A DNA stretch of 64,000 nucleotides from an uncultured Gammaproteobacteria bacterium (GCA_964482695.1 CAYZYP010000002.1:46962-110961); one strand, 5' to 3'. Positions 18,172 through 27,356 are shown, counted from the first letter of the stretch. Numbers and translations: made by a program. The notes: generated by a model not told the origin, from the sequence alone.

Positions 18172-18240
18172 AATGATTTGTTAGTTATTACTTTTAATAT
18201 ATTATAACATATTAAATTAAAAGCACCAATTGAAAGAGGG

Positions 18241-18289
18241 TTATCCACAGCCTTTCTCTTGACACCACCACCATAGGTGGAGGTATAAT
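18241..18289 (+). promoter_or_regulatory. csoR promoter with probable CsoR operator in the spacer and an upstream DnaA box
   Basis: TTATCCACA(18241); TTGACA(18259)-19bp-TATAAT(18284); ACC.CCACC-ATA-GGTGG.GGT pseudo-palindrome. Confidence 0.7.
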
Positions 18290-18343
18290 AGAAACAGATA
18301 ATTAAAAATATCAAACAATTAATTATTTAATTATAATCTCAAT

Positions 18344-18619
18344 ATGTTGGAACCATATACAGCCAAAGTCAAATTAAATCTAAAGAAAGTGCAGGGGCAA
18401 ATTAATCTGGTAAATAAGATGATCGAAGAAAAAAGATATTGTGTTGATGTGGCTCAACAGGTAAACGCGGCCATTGGTATTTTAAAACAAACTAATAATA
18501 TTATTTTGGAAAGCCATTTAAATACTTGCGCTACCAGTAAATTAAACTCAAAAAAAGCCGGTGAACGTGAAGAATTTGTCAAAGAATTGATACAGACTTT
18601 TAATGTGGCGGGGAAATAA
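18344..18619 (+). CDS. csoR: CsoR/RcnR family copper-sensing repressor
   Basis: LKKVQGQ, RYCVDVAQQ, ESHLNTC (C-H-C ligands). Confidence 0.9.
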   Translation: MLEPYTAKVKLNLKKVQGQINLVNKMIEEKRYCVDVAQQVNAAIGILKQTNNIILESHLNTCATSKLNSKKAGEREEFVKELIQTFNVAGK

Positions 18620-18646
18620 TATAAAAATAATTTATCATTATACATA

Positions 18647-18794
18647 TACATTCTCAGCATTAAATTATTTTTAGACACATCAATTTTGCCCAGCGGCAAA
18701 ATTAACTTAAGTGCTCGGCAAAAATCCCGACTAACGTCGGGACCATGCATTTTTGCCTCGCAAACTCTAAAAATAATTTAATGCTGAGAATGTA
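18647..18794. mobile_element. Family-A multibranch fold-back element, copy 1
   Basis: 29-bp perfect outer IR; ~98-nt core TAGACAC...GCCTCGCAAACTCTA shared with 39337 and 61115. Confidence 0.8.
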
Positions 18795-18808
18795 ATTAAA
18801 CAAAAAAT

Positions 18809-20254
18809 ATGCAAAAACGAACAATTTTTATCAACGGCATGCACTGCGCGTCCTGCGAACTTTTAATAGAAAATAATCTTAAAAAAATAAATGGAGTTAA
18901 AGAAGTTAAAATTAGCCACAAAACAGGACAGGCAGAGATAAGTTTTACAGGAGATGTTTTAGCAGACAGTGATGTTTTACAAGCGGTAAAAGACGCTGGT
19001 TACGATATTGGCTCGGTTAATAAATTATCATTCTTTTCTAAAGACATAAAAGATTATAAAAATTTATTAATAGCGGCTTTAATTATATTAATCGGCTATT
19101 TAACCGCTAAATGGTTTGGTTTGTTTGAACTTAATGTAAACACTTCATCTGATGGCTTGTTTATTTCTTTATTAGTTGGTTTGGTGGCCGGCATTTCTAC
19201 CTGCATGGCTTTGGTTGGCGGGCTGGTGTTGGCTTTGTCAGCCAGGCACGCCGAAATCCACCCCGAAGCAACGTCGATGCAAAAATTTCGACCGCATTTA
19301 TTTTTTAATCTTGGTCGGATTGTCGGTTTTGGTTTGTTGGGCGGTTTAATCGGCTTAATTGGTTCAACTGTAAAATTTTCTACCAACACGTTGGCCATGA
19401 TGACAATAATAATTGGGTTAGTGATGATTTTTTTAGGTTTAAAGTTAGTAGAAATATTTCCTTTTTTAAAAAATAAAACAATTTCATTGCCAAAAAGCAT
19501 TTCTAAATTTTTTGGTTTTAAAAGCGAGCAGAAAGAATACAGTCATAAGGGGGCGTTTGTTACTGGTGTACTGACATTTTTTTTACCCTGTGGCTTTACG
19601 CAAGCGATGCAATTATACGCTGTAAGCACTGGTAGTTTTGGGCGTGGAGCGCTAATTATGTTTTTATTCGCCTTAGGCACCGCGCCCGGACTATTGGGCA
19701 TTGGGGGAGTTAGTTCTTTATTTAAAGGTCAACGTAAAAGATTATTTTTTGCTACTGCCGGCGTGTTGGTAATTTTATTTGGGATTTATAACATCACTAA
19801 TGCCAGCAAGCTTATTGCTATAAACAATGTCCCTAAAACTAATAATACAAACAATATTATTTCAAATGGAAAAACACAAGAAGTTAAAATGACCCAAAAA
19901 GCCAATGGCTACGCGCCAAATGTATTTACCGTGAAAAAGGGCGTGCCGATAAAATGGATTATTACTTCGGAAACAACATTTTCTTGCGCCAGCTATATTG
20001 CCATGCCAAAATATGGTATTAGCCAATCGCTTAAAAAAGGCGAGAATATTATCACCTTTACCCCAACAGAAATCGGTGAAATTCCATTTTCTTGTTCAAT
20101 GGGCATGTATACCGGGAAATTTATCGTGGTGGATAATGATTCTGCTGTTTCCGCGCCAACTACTGACAAAAGTTTGTCTTCTGGCGGCGGCTGTAGAATG
20201 ACGAGTAGCGGCGGGGGTTGTGGTGGCTGTGGTGGGATAGTAAAGAATAATTAA
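18809..20254 (+). CDS. HMA + DsbD_2/TauE-like membrane domain + cupredoxin-like fusion
   Basis: GMHCASC; [11 protein letters not shown]; [12 protein letters not shown]; [10 protein letters not shown]; Gly/Cys-rich tail. Confidence 0.88.
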   Translation: MQKRTIFINGMHCASCELLIENNLKKINGVKEVKISHKTGQAEISFTGDVLADSDVLQAVKDAGYDIGSVNKLSFFSKDIKDYKNLLIAALIILIGYLTAKWFGLFELNVNTSSDGLFISLLVGLVAGISTCMALVGGLVLALSARHAEIHPEATSMQKFRPHLFFNLGRIVGFGLLGGLIGLIGSTVKFSTNTLAMMTIIIGLVMIFLGLKLVEIFPFLKNKTISLPKSISKFFGFKSEQKEYSHKGAFVTGVLTFFLPCGFTQAMQLYAVSTGSFGRGALIMFLFALGTAPGLLGIGGVSSLFKGQRKRLFFATAGVLVILFGIYNITNASKLIAINNVPKTNNTNNIISNGKTQEVKMTQKANGYAPNVFTVKKGVPIKWIITSETTFSCASYIAMPKYGISQSLKKGENIITFTPTEIGEIPFSCSMGMYTGKFIVVDNDSAVSAPTTDKSLSSGGGCRMTSSGGGCGGCGGIVKNN

Positions 20255-20265
20255 AATTTAATAAT

Positions 20266-22611
20266 ATGTCTGCTAAATTATACTTACAAATTCAAGGCAT
20301 GCATTGCGCGTCGTGCGCTCGCTTGGTGGAAAATGGTTTAAAAAAGATAGCTGGTGTTAACGAAGTAAATGTTAATTTTTCCACCGAAAAAGCAAAGGTC
20401 ATTTTTGATGAAAATAAAACTAATATCACAAAATTAATAGAAGCTGTAAAAAAAGCTGGCTATAAAGCTGCTGTTAATGAACCAGGAGATCAAGACGCGG
20501 AACAACAAAGAAAACAGCAAGAAATTAAAATAATAAAAAATAATTTTCTTTTAAGCGCTTTTTTTAGTTTGCCAATGTTGTATTTCATGCTGTTGGATTT
20601 TTTTATTTTTTTACCCGGCAATGAATTTATAATGCCATTTATGGGTATTATTTCTTTAATTCTTGCCACCCCCATACAATTTATCATTGGCGCTGGTTTT
20701 TATCGGGGTCTGTGGAGCGGTTTAAAGATGAAAACTTTTAACATGGATAGTTTAATCGCCATTGGCACCAGCACGGCGTTTATTTATAGTTTAATTCAAT
20801 TTATAATTTACGTCATAAATAACGGGAGTGTGTTCGGTTTGAACGGAGAAAAAATTCCCGACTTATATTTTGAAACAGCGGCGTTTTTAATTACTTTCGT
20901 GATTTTGGGCAAATGGCTAGAAGCAAAAGCCAAAGGGCGTACTTCGGAAGCGATTAAAAAATTAATGGGTTTACAGCCAAAAACCGCGCGCGTTATAAAA
21001 AATAACGCGACAATGGACGTGCCAATTGAACAGGTTCAAGTCGGCGATACTATTGTTGTCAGGCCGGGCGAAAAAATTCCGGTTGACGGCGAAATTACCA
21101 AAGGTAACTCGTCTGTTGACGAATCAATGTTGACCGGCGAAAGTATTCCGGTGGAAAAAAATATTGGCGATAAAGTAGTTGGCGCGACGATAAATAAGCA
21201 CGGCAGTTTTGAATTTAAAGCCACCAAAGTCGGCAGTGAAACCGCTTTGGCGCAAATTGTTCGTTTGATAGAAGAAGCCCAAGGGTCAAAAGCGCCCATC
21301 CAAGCTTTTGCTGATAAAATTTCCGCCTATTTTGTGCCAACAGTCATTGGCTTGGCAATTCTTACTTTTATAATTTGGTTTTTTATACTAAGCGCTGGTT
21401 TTGCCTTTAGTATTATGGCGTTTACGGCCGTGATAGTTATTGCTTGCCCCTGCGCCCTGGGATTGGCCACACCAACCGCTATAATGGTAGGTACTGGTAA
21501 AGGAGCAGAATACGGGGTGTTGATTAAAGGCGGTGAACCATTAGAGGCAGCTTGTAAAATAAAAGCGATTGTTTTTGATAAAACAGGCACTTTGACCAAA
21601 GGAGAGCCGGAAGTGACTGATATTGTTGGCTTAGCGGAAAGTGACGAAGAAGAAATTATTAGTATTGCCGCAAGTTTAGAAAAATTATCAGAGCATCCTT
21701 TAGCCGAAGCAATTGTCAAATACGCGACAGAAGAATCAATTGTTTTAGAAGAGGCAGATAACTTTAAAGCTATTCCCGGTCATGGCGTGGAAGCGATTAT
21801 CAATGGCCAAAAATATTATTTTGGTAATAGAAAATTGATGACCGATATTGTGAATTTAGATGTCAGTAAGACAGAGAGAAAAATTCGTAAACTGGAAGAA
21901 GGTGGAAAAACTACCATGATACTATCTTCTGATAAAGAAATTCTCGGGTTAATCGCGGTGGCCGATACTTTGAAAGAAAGTACAGTGGAAGCGGTTCAGC
22001 AATTGCAAAAACGTGGGTTAGAAGTTTATATGATAACCGGTGATAATCGCCGCACAGCCGAAGCTATTGCTAAACAAGTTGGTATAAAAAATGTTTTAGC
22101 CGAAGTTTTGCCAGAAGATAAGGCGAATGAGATAAAAAAAATACAAGGCATGGGCGTGAGAGTAGCGATGGTGGGGGATGGAATTAACGACGCGCCAGCA
22201 TTGGCGCAAGCTGATTTGGGTATTGCTATGGGCGGGGGCACTGATGTGGCGATGGAAACCGGCGGCATTGTCATTATTAAAAATGATTTGCGCGATGTCC
22301 TCACCGCTATTAAACTAAGCCGCGAGACAATGGGGAAAATTAAACAAAATATGTTTTTTGCTTTGTTCTATAATGTTATTGGCATCCCCATTGCCGCGCG
22401 CGTTTTTGTTGGTTTGGGCTTAATTTTAAAGCCAGAACTAGCCGGACTAGCTATGGCCATGAGCTCTATTTCTGTTGTCAGTAATTCTTTGTTACTGCGC
22501 CGTTTTCACCCGCGTAAAAAAAATTATTTTTCAATTATCGCGCCAATTATTATGGGTGTGATTTTTTTGATATTGTTTGTTGTATTCGCCAAGTGGAGCG
22601 CGAAAGTATAA
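20266..22611 (+). CDS. copA: Cu(I)-translocating P1B-type ATPase
   Basis: [45 protein letters not shown]. Confidence 0.95.
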   Translation: MSAKLYLQIQGMHCASCARLVENGLKKIAGVNEVNVNFSTEKAKVIFDENKTNITKLIEAVKKAGYKAAVNEPGDQDAEQQRKQQEIKIIKNNFLLSAFFSLPMLYFMLLDFFIFLPGNEFIMPFMGIISLILATPIQFIIGAGFYRGLWSGLKMKTFNMDSLIAIGTSTAFIYSLIQFIIYVINNGSVFGLNGEKIPDLYFETAAFLITFVILGKWLEAKAKGRTSEAIKKLMGLQPKTARVIKNNATMDVPIEQVQVGDTIVVRPGEKIPVDGEITKGNSSVDESMLTGESIPVEKNIGDKVVGATINKHGSFEFKATKVGSETALAQIVRLIEEAQGSKAPIQAFADKISAYFVPTVIGLAILTFIIWFFILSAGFAFSIMAFTAVIVIACPCALGLATPTAIMVGTGKGAEYGVLIKGGEPLEAACKIKAIVFDKTGTLTKGEPEVTDIVGLAESDEEEIISIAASLEKLSEHPLAEAIVKYATEESIVLEEADNFKAIPGHGVEAIINGQKYYFGNRKLMTDIVNLDVSKTERKIRKLEEGGKTTMILSSDKEILGLIAVADTLKESTVEAVQQLQKRGLEVYMITGDNRRTAEAIAKQVGIKNVLAEVLPEDKANEIKKIQGMGVRVAMVGDGINDAPALAQADLGIAMGGGTDVAMETGGIVIIKNDLRDVLTAIKLSRETMGKIKQNMFFALFYNVIGIPIAARVFVGLGLILKPELAGLAMAMSSISVVSNSLLLRRFHPRKKNYFSIIAPIIMGVIFLILFVVFAKWSAKV

Positions 22612-22644
22612 TTATATTAAAAAATTTTACAGATAATATTTTTT

Positions 22645-22688
22645 TGTGGATAACTTCCATTGACCAAGAATAACTTTTCATCTAAACT
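22645..22688 (+). promoter_or_regulatory. Promoter of SAM-riboswitch leader with DnaA box
   Basis: TGTGGATAA(22645); TTGACC(22660)-17bp-TAAACT(22683). Confidence 0.65.
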
Positions 22689-22705
22689 ATCTTTAGTTCT
22701 TTCAA

Positions 22706-22805
22706 ATATATCAAGAGCGGTGCGAGGGAATCGGCCCGACAACCACCCAGCAACCCCCAAAGCGGGGGTGCTAATTCCGAACCCTAAATACAGGGAAAGA
22801 TAAGT
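22706..22805 (+). ncRNA. SAM-I (S-box) riboswitch
   Basis: ATC-AAGAG-CGGTGCGAGGGA-ATCGGCCC...CAGCAACC...GGTGCTAATTCC...AAAGATAAG matches the S-box consensus. Confidence 0.88.
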
Positions 22806-22914
22806 TTTGTCTTGTCTACCCGCCTCTGGCGGAGACAAGGCAAAAAACGCTTTTTTAAAAAGGCCTTTTACTCTTTCTTTGTGATATATTTAGGGTAAAG
22901 GGCTTTTTTGTTTT
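22805..22914 (+). terminator. Expression-platform hairpins / terminator downstream of SAM-I
   Basis: TTTTGTCTTGTCT..CCGCCTCTGGCGG.AGACAAGGCAAAA and AGGCCTTTTACTCT..AGGGTAAAGGGCTTTTTTG. Confidence 0.6.
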
Positions 22915-22938
22915 ATTATGTAAAAATTGTATTTCCAT

Positions 22939-22988
22939 TCATAGACGGTTTAAGAATTAAAACAATTTAATTTTTAAACCGTCTATGA
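22939..22988. repeat. Long hairpin upstream of the 50-aa orphan
   Basis: TCATAGACGGTTTAAGAATTAAA-ACAA-TTTAATTTTTAAACCGTCTATGA. Confidence 0.75.
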
Positions 22989-23002
22989 CGGAAGGAGAAG
23001 AA

Positions 23003-23155
23003 ATGAAAAAAAAGGATAAAAAAAAATCCCCGCCCACACCCCCGCCTCTTTCACGAGAAAAATTAGAGGAGTTGGCCAATGCTGGCCAACTCCGTCCTTC
23101 TTTTTTCTGCGATTCGCGCATGGCCAAAGTAGCGGCCAACAACGCGGGTCGTTAG
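23003..23155 (+). CDS. Orphan small protein (50 aa), absent from ORF track
   Basis: AAGGAG SD; MKKKDKKKSPPTPPPLSREKLEELANAGQLRPSFFCDSRMAKVAANNAGR*; GC-rich hairpin 23155-23196 follows. Confidence 0.5.
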   Translation: MKKKDKKKSPPTPPPLSREKLEELANAGQLRPSFFCDSRMAKVAANNAGR

Positions 23156-23237
23156 CCACCGAGGCAATTCCCTCCCCATGGGTCGACCTCGGTGGCGACC
23201 CAATCCCTTTTCAAAAAATCATAAACTTAAAATTACA

Positions 23238-23270
23238 TAAAAACACCCCGACTAAGTCAGAGTGTTTTTA
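23238..23270. terminator. Terminator-like hairpin (CCCGAC family)
   Basis: TAAAAACACCCCGAC-TAA-GTCAGAGTGTTTTTA. Confidence 0.65.
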
Positions 23271-23308
23271 AATTTTGCTTTCCAGTCAGTGAATATTTTT
23301 TGCAACAT

Positions 23309-23337
23309 TGTTATCCCCGCGAAAGTGGGGGATCCAG
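23309..23337 (+). repeat. GTYATCCCCGCGAAAG..GGGGATCCAG palindromic repeat unit
   Basis: TGTTATCCCCGC-GAAA-GTGGGGGATCCAG; resembles widespread RPE/dRS3-like repeats. Confidence 0.6.
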
Positions 23338-23418
23338 AATAGTTGTAAAAAATACAGGGGACTGGAACGCAGTACCCATTTGGTTTTTTTTGGCGCGGAA
23401 CGCGCCTAAGAGAGGAGA

Positions 23419-23667
23419 TTATTGCTCGGCAACCTCGATTCCGGGGTCGCTGAGATTATACCCGGAGAGTTGGAGGCTGCCCGGGTAGCGGAAGATGAGG
23501 CGGTCATAGGAGTACCACCTCGATGCTGAATTTTTGTGCGGGCGTGCTAGAATTTCCTTGTTTCTCGCCCGTTTTTCAGTAGAAGGCGTCCGTATTCCAC
23601 CGAAGAAAAAAATGGTGGTTTTTTTTCCATCTTTTTCCAGTGTTGCGTTCAACATGTTTTTTGCCAT
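23419..23667 (-). CDS. Orphan hypothetical protein (82 aa), elevated GC
   Basis: AAAGGAAG SD before ATG 23667; upstream TTGACA...TGGTATTCT promoter at 23742-23716. Confidence 0.55.
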   Translation of the reverse strand: MAKNMLNATLEKDGKKTTIFFFGGIRTPSTEKRARNKEILARPHKNSASRWYSYDRLIFRYPGSLQLSGYNLSDPGIEVAEQ

Positions 23668-23771
23668 CGCTTCTTCCTTTCTTGTAACGTGGTTGTACGA
23701 CCAGAATTGGATGAAAGAATACCAAAGAGAGAGAGTTGTCAAGAAAAAGCGATGCTGATATAATTACTCAC

Positions 23772-24914
23772 ATGAATCTAATAATCCACCCAGACGAACT
23801 ATTTCTTAAAGGCGCTAATCAGCGCTTGTTTTACGATCAATTAATTAATAATTTAAAGCAAATATTTAAACAAATAAAAGTTGAAAGAACAGAAAGCGGT
23901 TTGTGGGTAGAAAATTTTGAAGAAAATAAACTAAGTCAATTAGCCAAAGTTCCTGGTATTTCCAATTTCGCGGTAGGGGAGAGAGGGGGAAATGGAGTGG
24001 AGGAAATAAAGAAAAATGTTTTAAATTTATTGAAACAAATGTCTCGGGATGACAAAGATGCTGTAACTTTTCGCGTTACTACCACTCGTTCCTATAAAGG
24101 TTACCCACTATCTTCCAAACAGCTAGACATAGAAATTGGCGATTTTGTGCGACAAAAATACGGTTGGCAAGTTAATTTAAAAAATTACGATTTAAACATC
24201 TCTGTTAATATTGGCAAAGAGAATGCCACAGTCTATTCAAATCCAATTGAAGGTGCTGGCGGCCTGCCAACTGGTGTTTCTGGCAAAATGCTTTGTCTTT
24301 TGTCCGGTGGCATAGACAGCCCGGTGGCGGCCTATAAAATGATGACTAGGGGCGCGGAAGTAGGTTTGATTCATTTTCAAAATCAAACCTCGGTTACAGA
24401 CGAAGTGAGCGAGAAAATTTTTGATTTAGCCAAAATATTATCTTTATACCAGTCTAAAATTAAAATTTTCATTATTCCTTTTGCTGATCTTCAAAAACAA
24501 GTAGTGATGAGTATTCCGGCCGAATATCGCATGCTTGTAACACGTCGCTTATTTTTTAAAATAGCCGAAAATATTGCCAAAAACAATAATTACCAAGCAC
24601 TAATAACTGGCGATAGCCTTGGTCAAGTGGCTTCACAAACAGTAGAAAACCTAACTGTTACCAGCCAAGCGGTGGAAATGTTAAAATTTTCACCATTGAT
24701 TGGTGCTAATAAAAAAGATATAATGGAGATGGCAAAACAAATCGGCACTTACGAAATATCTACCAGGCCATACGAAGATTGTTGCAGTTTATTTGTCGCC
24801 AAACATCCACAAACCAGAGCAAAAATAAATGACGTTTTAAAACTAGAAAAAAATCTATCTTTGCCGGATCTTGACAAAACAACCTTTAAATCATACTATA
24901 TTAGTAATAATTAG
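23772..24914 (+). CDS. thiI: tRNA 4-thiouridine synthase ThiI (no rhodanese domain)
   Basis: ELFLKGAN, THUMP domain, GGLPTG, LLSGGIDSPVA, GDSLGQVASQT, EDCC. Confidence 0.93.
   Translation: MNLIIHPDELFLKGANQRLFYDQLINNLKQIFKQIKVERTESGLWVENFEENKLSQLAKVPGISNFAVGERGGNGVEEIKKNVLNLLKQMSRDDKDAVTFRVTTTRSYKGYPLSSKQLDIEIGDFVRQKYGWQVNLKNYDLNISVNIGKENATVYSNPIEGAGGLPTGVSGKMLCLLSGGIDSPVAAYKMMTRGAEVGLIHFQNQTSVTDEVSEKIFDLAKILSLYQSKIKIFIIPFADLQKQVVMSIPAEYRMLVTRRLFFKIAENIAKNNNYQALITGDSLGQVASQTVENLTVTSQAVEMLKFSPLIGANKKDIMEMAKQIGTYEISTRPYEDCCSLFVAKHPQTRAKINDVLKLEKNLSLPDLDKTTFKSYYISNN
24871..24899 (+). promoter_or_regulatory. Internal promoter in thiI 3' end for the exonuclease-Rrf2-iscS-iscU genes
   Basis: TTGACA-17bp-TACTAT. 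Confidence 0.55.
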
Positions 24915-24943
24915 TTTTTATTAGCCGGCTATTTACCAAAATT

Positions 24944-25537
24944 ATGCTCAACGAAATAGTCTTTGACATTGAAACACAAAATACTTTTGCCGAAGTAGGA
25001 AATGATTTTAAAAAATTTCGCGTCTCGGTTGTTTCTATATATAGCTATGCCACCGATAGTTACCAAAGCTTTGTTGAAAATGAAATTGGTAAATTATGGC
25101 CTATTTTAGAAAAAGCCGATCGTTTAATAGGCTACAATAGCGAACATTTTGATTTGCCAATTTTAAATAATTATTATCCGGGCGATCTTTTAAAATTACC
25201 CCACCTAGATTTAATGAAGCAAATAAAAGAAGGTGCTGGTATGCGTTTAAAATTAAGCGATGTGGCCGAGGCGACTTTGGATAATATTAGTAAAAGCGCT
25301 AATGGCTTGCAGGCAATTGTTTGGTGGCGCGAAGGAAAGATAGCAGAAATAAAAAAATACTGCGAGCAAGATGTAAATGTTACCAAAGCTCTTTATGAAT
25401 TTGGCCGGCAAAATAAACAATTGTTTTATAAATCATTAACAGGAGAAATTTTACCATTCGCGGTAAATTTTGATTTACCAGCCGTTTCAATTAATGTCAG
25501 TGGAACAAAAAATATAAATTTAACATTGCCTTTTTAA
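24944..25537 (+). CDS. RNase H-like DEDD 3'-5' exonuclease domain protein (YprB-like)
   Basis: VFDIET, GYNSEHFDLP, YCEQDV. Confidence 0.85.
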   Translation: MLNEIVFDIETQNTFAEVGNDFKKFRVSVVSIYSYATDSYQSFVENEIGKLWPILEKADRLIGYNSEHFDLPILNNYYPGDLLKLPHLDLMKQIKEGAGMRLKLSDVAEATLDNISKSANGLQAIVWWREGKIAEIKKYCEQDVNVTKALYEFGRQNKQLFYKSLTGEILPFAVNFDLPAVSINVSGTKNINLTLPF

Positions 25538-25539
25538 AT

Positions 25540-25926
25540 ATGTTTACCTTTCGTCGTGAAACCGATTACGCTATTCAATTTATAATATTTTTAGCAAAAT
25601 GTAAGAAATGTTTTTGCAGTTTAAAAGAATTTGCTGAAAAAGAAAATATTTCTTTCTTTTTTATGCAAAAGATAGCGCGTCGGTTGCAAGCAGGTAAAAT
25701 AATAGAAGCTGGCAAAGGCGTAAAAGGAGGTTATCGTTTGCGAATTAAAAAAATAAATTTAAAAGAAATAGTTGAAGTAATAGAAGGAAAAATAGGCTTA
25801 TTGCCTTGTTTAAAACAGACGAACTTTTGTTGCGCTAAACAAGGAAAAAATTGTGAATTAAAAAATATAATAAACAAATTAAACAAAGATTTTTGCCAAA
25901 AAATACAGGCAATTAAAATAGTTTAA
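25540..25926 (+). CDS. Rrf2 family transcriptional regulator (IscR/NsrR-like, Cys-containing)
   Basis: TDYAI, GVKGGYRL, IVEVIEG, C-terminal Cys cluster. Confidence 0.9.
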   Translation: MFTFRRETDYAIQFIIFLAKCKKCFCSLKEFAEKENISFFFMQKIARRLQAGKIIEAGKGVKGGYRLRIKKINLKEIVEVIEGKIGLLPCLKQTNFCCAKQGKNCELKNIINKLNKDFCQKIQAIKIV

Positions 25927-25946
25927 TAATTACGAAATAAGTAATT

Positions 25947-27305
25947 ATGCTACCAAAACCTAAAAAAATTCGTCAAATTTATTTAGACCACGCCGCAACT
26001 ACCTACACAGAGAAAGAAGTGCTTGATGCCATGTTGCCCTATTTTAACCAAAAATACGGCAACCCATCTTCTTTATACAATACAGGCAGAGAAGCCAACG
26101 GAGAGATAAATAATGCCAGACGAATGGTAGCGCGCATAATCCATGCTTTACCAGAAAATATTATTTTTACTGGTAGTGGCACAGAATCCGATAACCTGGC
26201 AATTTACGGTATTGCCCGCGCCCACGAACAAAAAGGCAAACATATTATTTCTTCCCCCATAGAGCATCACGCTGTGCTGTATCCGCTAGAAGATTTGAAA
26301 AAACAAGGTTGGGAAATTACTTACACAAAGGTGGATAAAAAAGGTTTTGTTGATGCTAAAGAAATTATCAAAAATATTAAAAAAGATACTGTTTTAATTA
26401 CAGTAATGTACGCCAACAATGAAATAGGCACCATAGAATCAATAGCCGAAATCGGCCGGGAAATTTTAAAAATTCGTAAACAAAATAATTCGCCGTATCC
26501 TTATTTTCATACCGATGCTTGTCAGGCAGCCGGCTACTGCGATTTGGATGTCGAGAAACTACACGTAGATTTGATGACAATCAATGGCAGTAAAATTTAC
26601 GGCCCAAAGGGGGTTGGCATGTTGTATCTGCGACGTGGTGTTAAAATTAAACCGCTGATATTGGGTGGCTCGCAAGAAAAGAAATTGCGCGCTGGCACGG
26701 AAAATGTGCCCGGTATAGTGGGGTTTGCCAAAGCTTTTGAAATGGCGCAAAAGAATAGAGAAAAAGAAAGCGCGCGAGTCGCTGGTTTACGAGATTATCT
26801 TTGGCAAAGGATTGAAAAAGAAATTTCAGACGTTCGTCTCAACGGCCCAGTTTTGTCATCCCGAGGAGGTTCGCACCGACGAGGGATCTCTGTCCCGTCG
26901 GACAGTAGGCGACCAGACAGAGATTCCTCACCCTGCGATGGGTTCGGAATGACAAAAACGGATTTTCGTGAATTCTGCAATGACAGTGAACGACTACCTA
27001 ATAATCTCAACGTCACATTCATGAACGTGGAAGGTGAAGCCATGCTCCTATATTTAGATGAATATGGTGTGATGTGTTCCACCGGTTCGGCCTGCACTTC
27101 GGATTCACTAGATCCATCACATGTCTTAACTGCTATCGGATTACCATACGAATACGCTCATGGAAGTTTGCGTTTTAGTTTAGGAAAACGCAACACCAAA
27201 CAAGATATTGATTATTTGATGAAATATTTGCCAAAAATAGTAGAGACTTTGCGCGAAATGTCGCCAGTGAATATGGGGGTTAAAAAACATGCTAAATACA
27301 AATAA
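25947..27305 (+). CDS. iscS: Cysteine desulfurase IscS/NifS with ~45-aa repeat-derived insert
   Basis: YLDHAATT, YGNPSS, HTDACQ, GSKIYGPKG, STGSACTS. Confidence 0.95.
   Translation: MLPKPKKIRQIYLDHAATTYTEKEVLDAMLPYFNQKYGNPSSLYNTGREANGEINNARRMVARIIHALPENIIFTGSGTESDNLAIYGIARAHEQKGKHIISSPIEHHAVLYPLEDLKKQGWEITYTKVDKKGFVDAKEIIKNIKKDTVLITVMYANNEIGTIESIAEIGREILKIRKQNNSPYPYFHTDACQAAGYCDLDVEKLHVDLMTINGSKIYGPKGVGMLYLRRGVKIKPLILGGSQEKKLRAGTENVPGIVGFAKAFEMAQKNREKESARVAGLRDYLWQRIEKEISDVRLNGPVLSSRGGSHRRGISVPSDSRRPDRDSSPCDGFGMTKTDFREFCNDSERLPNNLNVTFMNVEGEAMLLYLDEYGVMCSTGSACTSDSLDPSHVLTAIGLPYEYAHGSLRFSLGKRNTKQDIDYLMKYLPKIVETLREMSPVNMGVKKHAKYK
26851..26957. repeat. GTCATCCCGAG-type palindromic element (full copy) in frame in iscS
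   Basis: TTTTGTCATCCCGA..GAGGGATCTCTGTC ... GACAGAGATTCCTC..TCGGAATGACAAAA. Confidence 0.88.
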
Positions 27306-27356
27306 TAACTTTAGAATTTACGCGTTTTACCTTGTCATTCTGAACTTCCTTTGAAT

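Noticed and set aside
18241-18249. oriC at DnaA boxes
   Set aside because: Boxes are isolated, with no cluster, DUE or dnaA/dnaN nearby.
18454-18750. ORFs 18454-18750(-), 61117-61401(+) with mutual similarity, and 22617-22838(-)
   Set aside because: Translations of family-A repeat DNA or the riboswitch antisense strand, not genes.
19096-22304. Numerous antisense ORFs within the copper, atp and mre genes
   Set aside because: Shadow ORFs opposite well-conserved genes, without independent signals.
26851-26990. Intein or self-splicing intron in iscS
   Set aside because: Too short, lacks intein C/S...HN termini and group I/II cores; explained by the palindromic repeat.
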